Positions 50,150 through 63,234 of a stretch of 64,000 nt of DNA are shown piece by piece. The notes beneath the pieces are model-generated. The model did no database searches. It worked only from the letters and a program-made list of their open reading frames with translations, and had not been told where the DNA came from. Position 1 is the stretch's first letter, and every line of letters starts with the position of its first letter. The position numbers were made by a program, and so were the translations under genes. This DNA is from Camelus dromedarius (taxonomy: Eukaryota): contig NC_087437.1 of assembly GCF_036321535.1 (NCBI RefSeq), positions 85,438,001 to 85,502,000 on the forward strand. Direction: 5' to 3'.

Positions 50150-52780
50150 TGAGTGAAGTATACAAATAATAGGAGAACATATGTATACATGTATGTAACC
50201 ATGGTTAAATGAGAAATGTTTACAGCATCCCAGAAAGCTCTCAGATGCCTCTCCCAATTACCTGACCAAGCAGAATTAAAGACCATCCCCTCCGTGAAAC
50301 CAGATAACAACACATGTGTAGCCAGGTTCCATACTACTAGTCTGTTTCATTGGTATCTTTATCTACTTTTTACAGTTGTACTACATCGTTTTTATTAATA
50401 TAACTTTCTCTGAGGTTAATATCTGACAGTATAACCTTTGGGATTTGTTCTTCTAGTTAGAAATTGCTTTGGCTTTTTGAGGCTATTTTGAGAATCTTTA
50501 TCGAGCTTGCTGTGAATCTATATAACAATCTGGGAAAATAGGTATTTTTATAATAATATACCTTCTTATCAACATACATGGTATTTTCCTTTATTTATTT
50601 AAGTCTTATTAAAATTTTTCTCAATCATGTTTTCTAGATTTCAGTGTAGAAGTCTTGAAAATACTTCATTAAATTTACCCCTTGGCATTTGCAAATGTAA
50701 ATATCACTTTAATATTATGTTTCTATTGTGTTCTCTATACAACTATGTTTGATGTATTCAAATTTAGCGCTGTTATTCACTCTTGTTGGATACATCCTGT
50801 TGTCTGATACCATTACCAGTGTTCTTTGGTTGGTACATTTATATGGCATATCTTTCCCATTTCTTTGCTTTCAAATTTTTTATATATTTATATTTAAAGT
50901 GTACTCTTATAAATATCATATATTTGGGTTTTAGTTCAATTGCTTTGTCTTTTTGTTTATTTTTCCAGTCTGGCAATCTCTGTTTTATGGTGGACTATTA
51001 CATCAATATGTGATACCCTGGAGTTTATATCTATCAACTTGTTCTGTGTTATCTATTTATGGCACTATTTTTTTCCTTTTATTTCTTATTTCTTACCTTC
51101 TTTCACATCAGCCAGGTATTTTAATACCATTTTACTTTTCTTGCTATCTTAACAGTATGATCCTTAGTTTTAGTTTTAGATCCTTAGTTTTAGATCCTTT
51201 TAGTTGCTGCTCTAGAGATTACAAAAAAAACCCATACACACAAAAAAAACTGATCACTTTCTGAGCAATGAAAGAACCCTAAACAGTTTAACTTTTCTTC
51301 CCCTTCCCATTTTTTGGCTACTGTTACTGTGCAGAAAAGGGTTAATAAAGCAGGCCTGAGGCTGCTATGTTTGGAAGGGGCTGTTTGACTACCATCTGGA
51401 AACGTAGATTCTGAAATGCTTGCTAACTGATAAGCTGTTCCTCTGTGCTACAGTGTGGTTTACAGTGAACATCTGCTTTCCTTCTGAGAGTCTGGTGGTT
51501 GAGCAAAGCATGCACAAATGAAAAGTTCCCGATAAAAAACCTAAACCCTGAATCTCAGACGGACCTCCCTGGGCTGAAATGCTGAACCAAACCGGGATGC
51601 TCTATTTTCTCTGCTATAGGGATGGCACACTGTGTGATCTCTCACGGAAGGAAGTAGGAACCCTGCACATGGACTGCTCCAGACTCCGCTTACATCTTTT
51701 TCTTTTACTGAACCAGCTGTGTCTCTGATGTTACGGTGTTACTGCGTTACAATGCTGCTGTGACTCTGATATAAATCTAAGCCATGGGGCCAATTATGCT
51801 GAGTTCGTGACTACATCTAGTGAATTACTGTAGATGTGGGTGGTCATAGGAACCCCCTAAACAATTGCTGTGTATTTCATTTCCACATATGTCTTAAACT
51901 CCATAAGACTTATCATCATTTACTTAAAAAGTCACTGTATCTCAGTGCTCCTTTGCCGTTCTTTCACATATTTCCTATAGATTTACCTGGAATCATCTTT
52001 CTTCCAGAACTCTAATAGTCCCTTAATACATACCTCTTTTAGTTTTCTTTTTTCTGAAAATGGTAATACTTTACCTTTATTTAAGAAAAACATATTTACT
52101 AGGTATAGTATTCTAGGCTAGCAGATTTTTTTCCCCAGCACTATCTAATCTAATATTGATTTTTCTTCAACAGTTTTTAAGCTTTTGTTTTTGTTTTTTT
52201 ATCAGCAGTTTGACTATGATGAACCTGTAAGTGGTCTGCATTACATTTGTCCTGCTTGAGGTTTAAAAAACTTACTGAGCCACTAATTTGATGCATTCAA
52301 CCAGCATATGAAAATCTTCACCTATTATTTCTATATATATGTATTTTGTCTTGTTATCTCTCTCTGTTCTTCTAAGATTCCCATTACATATATTACACAT
52401 ATGTGAGAATTTTTTCCCATGCCCCATATGTATTTATAGCCTTTTCTGTACTTTTCATACTTTTTGGTTCTGGGTTTATGTTAGGATTCTTTCTACGGGC
52501 TATATAAATGTAAGTTTTATGTATTTTTAATCACTTCATATTAACTCAGCCCAGTGTCTTTTTTAGGCTATAAATTCACATTGGATGTTAGCAGAAATTC
52601 TTCCCATGGAGAACCATCGGGTTCCTTGTTTCCATCTCTTATGTCGCTGTTTCCCTGCCAAAATATGAGTCTTTAGTAATTTTTTTTGCTATATTCTCAC
52701 AGTACTTATTTTTAAAGAAATCTCTCACTTTAAAAATGATTTCCTTGATTTTGTTTTTCCTGAATATATTATGATTAAAT
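50150..52780 (-). mobile_element. Old L1ME fragments, interrupted by the MER68-like LTR
   Basis: T-rich antisense L1 motifs on both sides of the LTR (atggtattttcctttatttatttaagtctt; ggtatagtattctaggctagcag; cagcagtttgactatgatg). Confidence 0.75.
51328..51863 (+). mobile_element. Solo MER68/MER77-like ERVL LTR
   Basis: Starts TGTGCAGAAAAGGGTTAATAAAGCAGGCCTGAGGCTGCTAT and ends GGAACCCCCTAAACA. Flanks GTTAC/ATTGC fit a decayed 5-bp TSD (two transitions). Confidence 0.85.
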
Positions 52781-54589
52781 GTGCATAAATATAAACTTGG
52801 CATTTGAAGTACCTATGAATAATTCTTCGTAAACATTTTCAAGCACTTTATATTTTCATTTTAATCTGAATAAATTCCTTGTTACTTAAAAAATATTAAT
52901 CTTCTTATGTGAAAGAAAGATACATAAGTGATTGTTATTTTCAACTAACTGAAAATACTGAAAGTATCACATACTTCTTTTAATTGTCAGAGTTTTAAAG
53001 ATTTGGATGCATTTATAACACCATCTGTAACACTTTATTCTGAATTAGGAAATTAATGTGGCATATTAATTAACTGAGCTAAGAGTTGGCATTGATCTTC
53101 TGAAATACCCACATAGTCAAATAGAAATAAATGATATAATAGACATCGGTTACTAGATACGAGTCTGTTTTAGAAGTGTTTAAGTTTCTGTTCTATATCT
53201 GTGCTGAAGGAATGAAGGAAATTTACAGATTGCATTCTATAAATGCAATGACGATCATCTGGTTTCTTCTAGTTTATAATATTCAGTTATCTTTGATTTT
53301 TTTAATTATTTAATATTTCTCAAAATAAAAAATACATAATTATGATCAGTTTTATACAAGGAAATATGTTATTTATATATCTCCCATAAGGACTGCAATT
53401 TGTAATCCATTTTGGGGGCTACGTGATTAAAATAATTATGAGTCTGCACTCTCAAGTTCTTATCATTTTATCGATAAGTCAAATTTTCAAAGTATTACAC
53501 ATGATCAATCATAGAACCTTTTCTCACAGAAATGCACATTACATATTTTTGAAATAAATTTAAAATATTTTTCAAAATTACTAAATCAAAAATATTTAGA
53601 TTATGAAGTACATAGAAATTTATAATCTGCCTTGTAAAAATGATAAGAACCTAACTATTGATTTACCTCAAACCAAGTGAAATAAATCTATAGAAACAAA
53701 GCACAGTATAAAATATCAAACTTAAAAACAAGGGAGAGACTCAAACTCACTCATATTTCATGATTTCAGCCAAATTGTAAAATAAACCACAAAGCCGACA
53801 CCTCCCCTTAGGCTTCTGCTCTTTGGGGACATCTTCCTTATTCCACTTGAACTCTAACATCCAGTCCTGTGGGCTAATCCTTTCACCTTGCTCTGTCTTT
53901 GACTCTCTACAACAGTCTGCCCTCTGTCATGTGAGTAACCTTCTCACCTCAATCACATATAATAACTAGCTTGTCCCTTACCGTTGGCCCCTGGTGGATA
54001 TAACACTTTTCCTGTCTGACCATGCCATCTTCTGCCAGGCTACTCTGTCATGCAGAAGACTTTCTGACTCTGCTCAAACTCTGACCTCCATACACTATGC
54101 TGTCTCTTGAACTAGACACAACCTTCCTCGCTTTGGGGCTCGCTGCCCTGCATTAGGCATTGTCATCATTTGTAAATGTCTTTCTAGTCCTCAGATTCTG
54201 ACACAGAAGTCTGGGAAATCATTCTCCTTTCCAACTTAACATTCTCAGCTACCTTCCATGGCCTTTCCTAATATCTTTACGACTGAATTATTCTTGATTT
54301 GATCACATATTGATACCAACTTGCAGATTTCAGTGGCTGTACTTTGGTTATGTGGAAGAACACCCTTATTTACAGAAAATAAATACTTAAGTATTTAAGG
54401 ATGATAGGCATCATCATGGCAATTTGATCTCAAATGATTAAAGGGAGTTGAGAGAAAATAGGTGAAGCGGTCAATAAACTAGGCAATAAACATATTAGAC
54501 TGTTGCCACAATTAAAATGTCATGATAGTTTTGCAGAAACACAATGAATAACAGCCTTTAATTTCCAGAGGCTTTTTGCCTAACATTTT

Positions 54590-54846
54590 TTTTAAGTTTG
54601 TTTTTTTATTGAAGTATAGTCAGTTACAATGTGTCAACTTCTGGTGTATACCATAATGTCCCAGTTGTGTATGTGTGTGTGTATACACACACACATATAC
54701 ACAGACACACACACATATATTTGTTTTCATATTCTTTTTCATCAAAGGTTATTACAAGATATTGAATATGGTTCCCTTGTTATACAGAAGAAATTTGTTT
54801 TATATCTGTTTTTATGTATAGTGGTTAACATTTGCAAATCTCAAAC
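54590..54846 (-). mobile_element. Young, heavily 5'-truncated L1 with a 13-bp target-site duplication
   Basis: TSD TGCCTAACATTTT at 54577-54589 and 54847-54859, poly-T tail, and a minus-strand TT/AAAA endonuclease site. Confidence 0.95.
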
Positions 54847-55684
54847 TGCCTAACATTTTAACTCTGTGCAACTTAAAGTTTTCAGCTCTGTAACTTCTTG
54901 AGGGGAAAGTCTCAAAATATTTTAGGCTAATAAACTGCAAATTTTATCTCTCTGGCCCCATGTAATCACCAAAATTTCTGTTGTTTTCTCTCTTGCCCAG
55001 CATTAGTCATCTAATCGGCCAAAATTTGAACTTCCATCCTCTAATCTTGTGTTTTCAATTAAATTCAAACTATGACTTTCTTGCAATTGTTAGTGAGCCC
55101 AGGGTAGCTAGCTATAGAACTCAGCTCATCTTTCCATAAGTCTCTTCTCCCCAGAACTTTAGCCCTTCTGGTCCATGCTGCTTAAATAGCTTTTTGATGT
55201 CTCTAAGCAGGTAACTTTTATGTAGAAGTTTTGGCTTTTTAAGTTCCTCTTAGTGGGAATGATGTTTTCCTTTACTAGTTCATATGACCTAAAAGTGGAA
55301 GTCCCATTTTCTAGAAGTTTTAACTCATTTTCGCCTCATATTAATGTGGCTCCTTAAGGCTTCCAATTCAAGATTACTTTACTTATCATGATATAAATTA
55401 ACTGTTTTCAATATCATTCCTTTCAGTTAGATAGAAAATTTTACGAAAGTAAAAGATAGCAAACCTCATATTTTACTTACATAATATTAAAGCATCAGTT
55501 TTGGAGGTTCAATCTTAGAGTTACTTGAATGAAATACACATGTTGAGAATAAAATAGAAATAAATTAGTCTACACATGCACATCTTATTAGCATTGCATT
55601 AAAAAGAGTGTTCTCTTATTTGAATTTTTTAATTTGTAAATGATTTATAAAGTTATTAAATCTCAGTTTGGTTCCTCTCTCTCC

Positions 55685-55880
55685 TAGGGTTGCAGATTTG
55701 TCAAAAAATAATAATAATAATCAAGTAATAAATACAAACAGGACACCCAGTCAAGTTTGAATTTCAAATTGAGAAAAGAATCATTTCTTACAGCATACAT
55801 ATGTCCACAAAATAATTGGGACATACTTAAATTTTAAAATTCAAATTTAACTGAGTATCCTATATTTGATCTGGTAACCT
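55685..55880. mobile_element. MER53 palindromic MITE
   Basis: Termini TAGGGTTGC-AGAT ... ATCTGGTAACC. Inverted arms caggacacccagtcaagtttgaattt / aaattcaaatttaactgagtatcct; centre tatgtcc...ggacata. Confidence 0.88.
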
Positions 55881-56919
55881 GTCTTTAAGTTCAAGAATAC
55901 ATGTTGGTCAGAGGAAACAAGTTTTGTGAAGACAATAGGTAATATAAAGTGAATTTACATACAAACAGAAGAAGTCAGAAAAAAGGTGATAGTTAATAAA
56001 CTCAAATAATAGAGATAAACCAGGAGAACATGCCACTGTGTAGAACACAGTGGGGTTTCCAAAACTTTAAGGATCAGTAAGTTGTCCAGAAAATCTTAGG
56101 AAAACAAGCTTATGTAATAATACACACATAATATTGTTATCTAACACCAAGCCCCACCTTGTTTTAGGGTGTTTAAATATATTTCAGTAAAAACAGGAAT
56201 AAGTTCCCAAGTACAGTCTAATTTGACACTTATAGATGCAGGTAATGGGAAAATAAGCTGGAGTGAGGATGAATGGGGGAAGCAAAAGCAACTTCTGTAA
56301 GGTGGTAGCACATCAATTACCTGAAGTACTGGCATGAAGTAACAGTTAACTTATTTGATGGGCATTTTAAACTGATTTGTTTTCCATTAGCTAGGCTAAC
56401 TTATAAGGTTGTGGTTTCCTATAATCTGTTAAAAAAAGGCATTTTGCATCAAACAACTTTGTACTACAGAGAAATTTAGATTAATCCGTAAGAATTAGTT
56501 TCTATTTATGGTGCCACAGTTTGCAGAGAAGACTTTAAAACCGACATTCATGGACTACTGGGATTTTGAACTATATTCTTGGGAAGACTGTCAAGGATTT
56601 TTTTTCTATATTCTCAAGAAATTATAATTTTTTAACACTTTTACCTCCTCATGATTGTTCTTTTTCAGTTTATTTATTACTCTTGCACTTTTGAACTTCC
56701 TACAGCACATTTTCTAACTGTTTTCCTCACCATTATAGTTTCAAATCCCAGCATGCCCCTACAAGTGAATATATCAACAAGTGAATATTTCTTCCAACTT
56801 ACTGAGAAAATATACAGGTATAAAATTCTCATCTTTCTTTCTCTCCACTTGAAAATATATACATAATCAAACCCTTTTCACTCTCTCACATTTTTATGCT
56901 CTGTATAATTTCCTCCAGG

Positions 56920-57524
56920 TGAGACAGGAAGTGGGCAGGGCACAGCTATTCAAGGAATGCTACAGCAACTAACATCAAAATGGTGAAAGATTCAACCCCC
57001 AGTTGGCCCTGAGGCTCAGGATGATGGGAGATTTAACTTCTAGTAGATCTTGAGCTTCATTATATGCTCATTGTAATACATTAACATGGTGAATAACATG
57101 CCCACAGGCCCATAACAGGCCCAAGACTAGCCACAGAAGGTCAAAGAGTGGGAAATGGCCAACTTCCTGGGAATCCCAGCCTCTTCCCCAGGCTACTTAG
57201 ACTGGTCCTTCCACTTATTAGCATATGAAGCCACCAAGTCCATAAAAACTGGCAACATGGCACCTCCCAGCTGCCCCTCTCTCTCCCTCTTCGGAGATGG
57301 CCCACTCCTAAGTGTGTACCTACTTTTAATCTGAGCACCCAACCCCCACACCTCGTGGCCTTTCTCTTGCCTTTCAATGTATCTCTCTAAATAAATCTAC
57401 CTTTAGTCAACTGTGGCTCACTCTCGAATTCTTTCCTGCCAGAAGCCAAGGACCCACACTTGACGGGGCACGTCCCAGGCACTCAACCAAAGCCTGGGAC
57501 AAGGCCCTCCTCACGCCTGCATCA
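56920..57524 (+). mobile_element. Intact solo ERV1 LTR, MER41-like (605 bp)
   Basis: TG...CA termini, perfect 4-bp TSD CAGG (56916-56919 and 57525-57528), TATA-like CATAAAAA (57241), AATAAA (57390), and the MER41-type motif ctcgaattctttcctg...gaagccaaggaccc. Confidence 0.92.
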
Positions 57525-58289
57525 CAGGGGTAAATTAATCTGGGACAGTTATATAGGCATAAAGTATAAGGTATAAGGTGTAATAAGTGCTAACTTTATT
57601 TTTCTCGTTTATATAATGTAATTTCCTATGCATTATTATATTGTAACAAGAAAGTGTAAATTTTGTAATATTAAGATAAGAGTCAAAGTACCACAGTTTA
57701 AGAGACTTGCTCAAAATCACACAGAAGAAATTGAATTTAGGGTGATTTTAAATACTTAGGCTTACTCAGAGATCCCCGACCACAATGAGTATAGATTTCA
57801 GAGTCAGTAACTAAATTTAACTAGACTGAAATCAGAGTTTTTCATAACCCCTGTATTAGAGTAGAAGAGTTGGCATGTAAATGAGTGCAAAGAATATTTT
57901 AGGAACCTCAAAGTCTGTGTGCTTTATATAAAGTGTATTAAGCAACTGTGCAAAGACAAGGAGTTATTCATTAATTGACTTAATATCCACTTACTCATTC
58001 ATCAAACAGCCATGAATAAGCATTTAAAATATGTAAGATGCCTGAATAGAACACATACTTGCCCCTTGGGAGGGTACTGGGATGAAAGGGCATAGAATGA
58101 ATTTACTTACAAAGAGACTTCTCTAGCCTTAAAAATTTACTGTCACGTCAAGAACCTATCCACACATTTGGGGAGGAAAACACATTTAATAGTAGTGAGA
58201 AAGGGTTATACTTATGTATGTAGATTTGAGGCAAAGAAATTGGAGATCAAACTAAGAATTTAATGGACTCAAGAAGAAAAGCTGGATTC

Positions 58290-58622
58290 TTTCACATCCA
58301 GGATTTCATACTTGCTGTTCCCTCTGCCTGGAATTCTTCTTCCGGGATATCCATGTGTTTTTTTTCTTCACTTTTTCCAGAGCAGTGATCTAACATCGCT
58401 CTAGTAACTGGTAGCTACTACCTCCACAGTGCTTATCTCCCTTCCCTATACCACTCATTGCTATCTCACATGCTACGTACTTACTTTTTATTGTTGTCAT
58501 CTGTTATTGTCTGTCTCTAGCATAAAAGCTCTATAAGCACATGGTTTTTGTCCTTTCTTACTCACTGCTGTTTTATCAGCACCTTGATAAATGTCTAGTA
58601 TAAAATAGTTGCTCAATAAAGA
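58290..58622 (+). mobile_element. L2 3' end
   Basis: acttgctgttccctctgcctggaat...ctcactgctgttttatcagcacct...tagttgctcaataaa. Confidence 0.85.
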
Positions 58623-58778
58623 TTTAAGTGTAGGAAAACTTTAGAACAGAAGGTAAATTAGAAGATGTGCAAAAAATAATTCAAAAGGAATTCAGAGAAA
58701 ATTATGGTGTTTCATTCAAAACTAACAAAAAAAAAAAAAGAGATTCACAAGTTGTCAATCCTGAAAACGATTTTGCAT

Positions 58779-59260
58779 TATAAGAGTGGCCAGGTTTTAA
58801 TCACATCCTATTCACCCCACTGATGAGGGAGGGATTCCTGCCCCGGGGTTACACCTGACCCTGGAAAGATCCAATTGACAGCATGTATCCTCACAACCCT
58901 CAAGGAGGAAGACACCAAATACCACACAAGTGATGCAGGGGTTACACTTGGGAACGGAGGAACTGTGGGAGGCAAGCTTTGTAGTACTGAGAGAGAGAAG
59001 TTCTCCCTGGTTGCCACAGGAGGATGTGATTGGCTTGTCTGAATAATTCAGCGGGCTGCCAGGGAACAGAAACCCACTCCTCAGGGATAAGCAGGTACTC
59101 TGCTTAGTCCTTTTAATAAGGAGGGCTGTTTGGCTAGGGAACCTTTCTGTAAGAACAGAGAAGGAAGAAGCTGCAGTTAGGTTATTTGAGGCCCTCTCAA
59201 TTGGACCATATAGGAAGGTAGCATATGTTATTGGTCTTTAAATTTAGTCTTTATATCACA
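58779..59260 (-). mobile_element. Solo MER54-like ERVL LTR
   Basis: ggcaagctttgtagta...ggaggatgtgattggcttgtctgaataattc...ctcagggataagcagg...tttatatcaca matches antisense MER54 as recalled. Confidence 0.8.
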
Positions 59261-59584
59261 AGCTGATATAATAATCTTCTCATATTTTTGCATATATTGT
59301 GTTTTTTAACTTCAAGGAAGGGAAGTTCAGTGGTGGGATGGGAGGGTCACTTTTAGTGCCCCCTGTTGAGTTGTTGTCAACAATGGATTCTTTGTGACCA
59401 GGAGTCCACACTGAATATGTCATAGTTGCTCTCTGTTAACTTAGAGTTGAGACTGAGGGAGGGAGGCAGGAAAAAGAACCTTGTGAACTGTATTTTTTGA
59501 AATTTCTGCAACTTTTCTTATAAAGAGTAATGTTATTTCACCTGTAAAGGAAAAAGAGGTTGTCCTCAGACTTATTATTTAACA

Positions 59585-60424
59585 TTAATGATAGAAGGGA
59601 AATGCAAATCAAAACCACAATAAGACATCATGACACATCTGTCAGAATGGCTATCATCAAAAAGGACACAAATAATAAATGTTGGCGAGGATGCAGAGAA
59701 AAGGGAACCCTCATACTCAGTTGGTGGGAATGTAAATTGATGCAGCCACTGTGGAAACAATATGGAGTTTTTTAAAAAAACTAAAAATAGAACTACCATT
59801 TGACCCAGCAATTCCACTTCTGGGTATATGTATTATAACCCACACAAAAACACTAATTCAAAAAGATACATGCACTCCAATGTTCATGGCAACATATTTA
59901 CAATTGTGAAGGTATGGAAGCAAGCTAAATTTCCATCAACAGATGAATAGATAAAGAAGGTGTGGTGAATATATACATAATGGAATACTACTCAGCCATA
60001 AAAAAGAATGAAATTTTGCCATCTGCAACAACACAGATGGACTTAGAGGGTACTCTGCTAAGTGAAATAAGTCAGACAGAGAGAGACAAATACTATATAA
60101 TATCACTTAATTGTGAAATCTAAAAAATACAACAAACTAGTAAATATAACAAAAAAAGAAACAGACTCACAGATACAGAGAACAAACTAGTGGTTACCAG
60201 TGGGAACAAGGAAGAGGGGAAGGGCAATATAAAGGTAGGGGATTAAGAAATACAAATTATTATGTATAAAATAAGCTACAAGGATGTATTGAACACACAG
60301 GGAATATAGCCAATGTTTTATAATAACTATAGTGAAGTATAACCTTTAAAAATTGTGAACCACCATATTGTTCACCTGTAACATATATAATATTGTACAG
60401 CTATATTTCAATAAAAAATAAAAA
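59585..60424 (+). mobile_element. L1 ORF2 C-terminus plus 3' UTR and A-tail
   Basis: ORF 59560..59775 ([40 protein letters not shown]); ends tatttcaataaaaaataaaaa. Confidence 0.95.
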
Positions 60425-62639
60425 GCATTATTGCTAGAAGGAATGGAACAATTCTTGAATACAGCTGAAAAACTGTCTCACCCATAAATTTTAAAATCCA
60501 AAAGATTTACTTTTTTTGTATGATGACAATGGAAAATAATTACCTATATATGAAGCTTTAGGAAAAAAATAACATCTCTTTAATATTTCTAAAATAACCA
60601 CTTGAAAATAACATTCTGATGAGATAGAAATTAATCAAAATAACCAGCTACAGAATAGGGGAAAATGAATTATTCAAGGGAAAATACTGAATAATGAAAT
60701 GTGTTACACATAATGTCCATGATTACAAAACAATGTAAAAATGTTTTGTGAAAGATTTTAATATCTGTCATTAGATTACTTGACAAAGGAAAGAGAAAAC
60801 TAAATTTGCTAAATTAAGCATTTTACCTGACACAGTCACTATACATATATAAAAGCTGAATTACATTTGAATAATTTAAGTTTAAACGTGTATATAAAAT
60901 ATGCATTTAGAGATATATTTAGATATTCATCAGCATATATGGTCACTTATATGTATAAAAATGTGAACTTATAGAAATAATACACATACCTATTCCTGAA
61001 ATATGTACACCTCAATATTAATACCAACAAGTCTTGGTATAGGATTACAGGTCATTTAATTTTTATCATTATAGTTTTCTGCACTCCTGCACACATTTCA
61101 ATAAGAAAGGTATTTTCATTTCGCAAGCAAAAAAATAACTTCATTTTCATTTTTAAAATAAACTCTCGCACATTATTTTTAAAAACAAAATTTTTTCTTT
61201 ATCGCCTGGGTCAATTTTTGTTCAAGTCCCTTACACTTGAGTTCTTAAGTCTGTGCTCAGAAGTTTAAAATTTTTATAATAAATAAACACTCTCTGAAAT
61301 ATCCTTGAAACTCTTGTCAGAATCTTAATTTTTAATAACAAAAAAAACCCAAATACGGTAGTCATAACAAGATGGACTTACCTATAAGGTTTTACTAAAA
61401 TCAACATGCTATGTTAGCCAATAAATAACTGGTAATGTACATACAATTTTATACAGAGTAAAAGTCAACTTTCTTTAGCATTCTTTGCTTCATTATTTTT
61501 TAGCTTTCAACCTAACAATTAGTAAAACAAATCAGTGTATCTCAATTCAATTCCAGCTTAGATGGTGGAAGTGCCTGTGTAATAGGCCAAACACAGCAGC
61601 CAAACACAAAGAGAAAGGAGGAAGGCTTGCAGACGTGGAAAACTAGGATTTTTCTGAGAAACGATTTACTTTCTTTCTAATATTTATGAGCATCAGTTGT
61701 TAGGTCACAATATGACAATTCTAAGGATAAATTATGAGGCCCATAGGTCCACTGATTCTCTGGGAAACTTTCTACAACTCAACCCACATTTGCCCAGGAA
61801 ACCCTAATGATGGTTTCTAGGATATAAAAGGGGTAAAAAATCATAATTATTGGCAGGAAGAAAATGAAGTGAGAAAGCCTGCACAGAGCTGCTCTTACTA
61901 TACTAAGGTGTTCTGCTCCACTTGAAAGGATAAAAACAATTATGCCCAGATCCCATGCTGTCCAGGCCAATGACCTTTTGTCACAGGCCTTAAAATGTCC
62001 ACAGATATACGGGCACAAGCAAGACGAAGTCCACCAAATGTCACATCATCCTTATTTGCTTCTGTCAGTATGAGAACGAAAACCTCTCTGCTCACCCATC
62101 AAGTCTCTGAGCTCTTCATTTCTCTGTCCAAACCGTGAGCTTAGCTGACGAGGCTCCTCTCCCAGCCTCTACCCCAACTTTATTCTCTGGAATGTCTACT
62201 CATCAAACATCACAGCTTCTCAAACTCATTTCTGAATTTTCCCTTCACATGTGTCTTAAATGACATTTTCCCCTATGAGGTACCGTTTCCTGCAGCCCTT
62301 TCAATTAGAAACTTTTTTTTCTCATATGCCATTTATCTTAAATTTGAGAGCAAGATTGATATCCTCTTTGCTCTCCATTGTTGCTTGCAGATTTTTATTT
62401 CTTCTCGATCTTTGGAATTCTCAACATTTAGCTACATACCTGCTTTATAGAACCTCTCCAAGATCCTCAACTGAAGTATCTGGCATTAGTCCCTTCATCA
62501 TAGACCTTACAGAGAGTCCCTAGTACTTCCACTCCGTTGCAGGACACTCCAATACCCTTTTTATACTCATTTCACTCCTTAAGCTCCTAACATATTCAAC
62601 TCTAAAGAATTTTTCTTTACCTTACCCTATCACAGTCAC

Positions 62640-62772
62640 ACTGTGCATCATAATAGTACTTTTCTTGCAGAGTTGATATAAGGAATAAGTTAATTAAATC
62701 ACATAAAATGCTTAAATCAATTCCTGGAACATAACAAATGCCCATTAAATATTAGCAATCACTATTATTAGT
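62640..62772 (+). mobile_element. MIR 3' part, within L2-like pyrimidine-rich remnants (about 62100-63000)
   Basis: ataatagtac...cagagttg...taaaatgcttaaa...cctggaacataacaaatgc...attaaatattagc. Confidence 0.7.
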
Positions 62773-63234
62773 ATTTCGGTAATTGCCTAATCTTCATTGT
62801 CCTTTTGTTCCTCTCCCCTTTCATATTTCACGATCACTATCCTCAGATGAGCACTCTACACCAACCAGAACACTTGTGTTTTGGTTGCTGTTGTTTTTGT
62901 TTTTCCTAGTAACTATGCTCTTCCAAAAACACAAAGTCAATTTCATTCTACCACAACACTCCTCAAATCTCTTGTTCCCATCTCACTTTAGCTGGCGTGT
63001 CTAAAAAACAAAAACAGAGAGACTGCATCTTTCTGCCATTAAATTTATAACAGACTTATAATTGTAAGTATACGTATTTTTTTTTCTTCCATTCCTTCAT
63101 CTACTACATTCTACTTACTTCCAAATGAGGGAGTTGTTTGTTCATTTCTGCTGAATTTCATTTGTTTAGTGACTGGCCCTTCTGATTTTTTCCACTTCTT
63201 AATAGAATCATACCCATATTTATTCAAACAAGCT

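Noticed and set aside
53984..53998. Third CTCF-like motif (CCACCAGGGGCCA on -)
   Set aside because: Mismatch in the conserved GGC core, and it lies in a probable L2 remnant.
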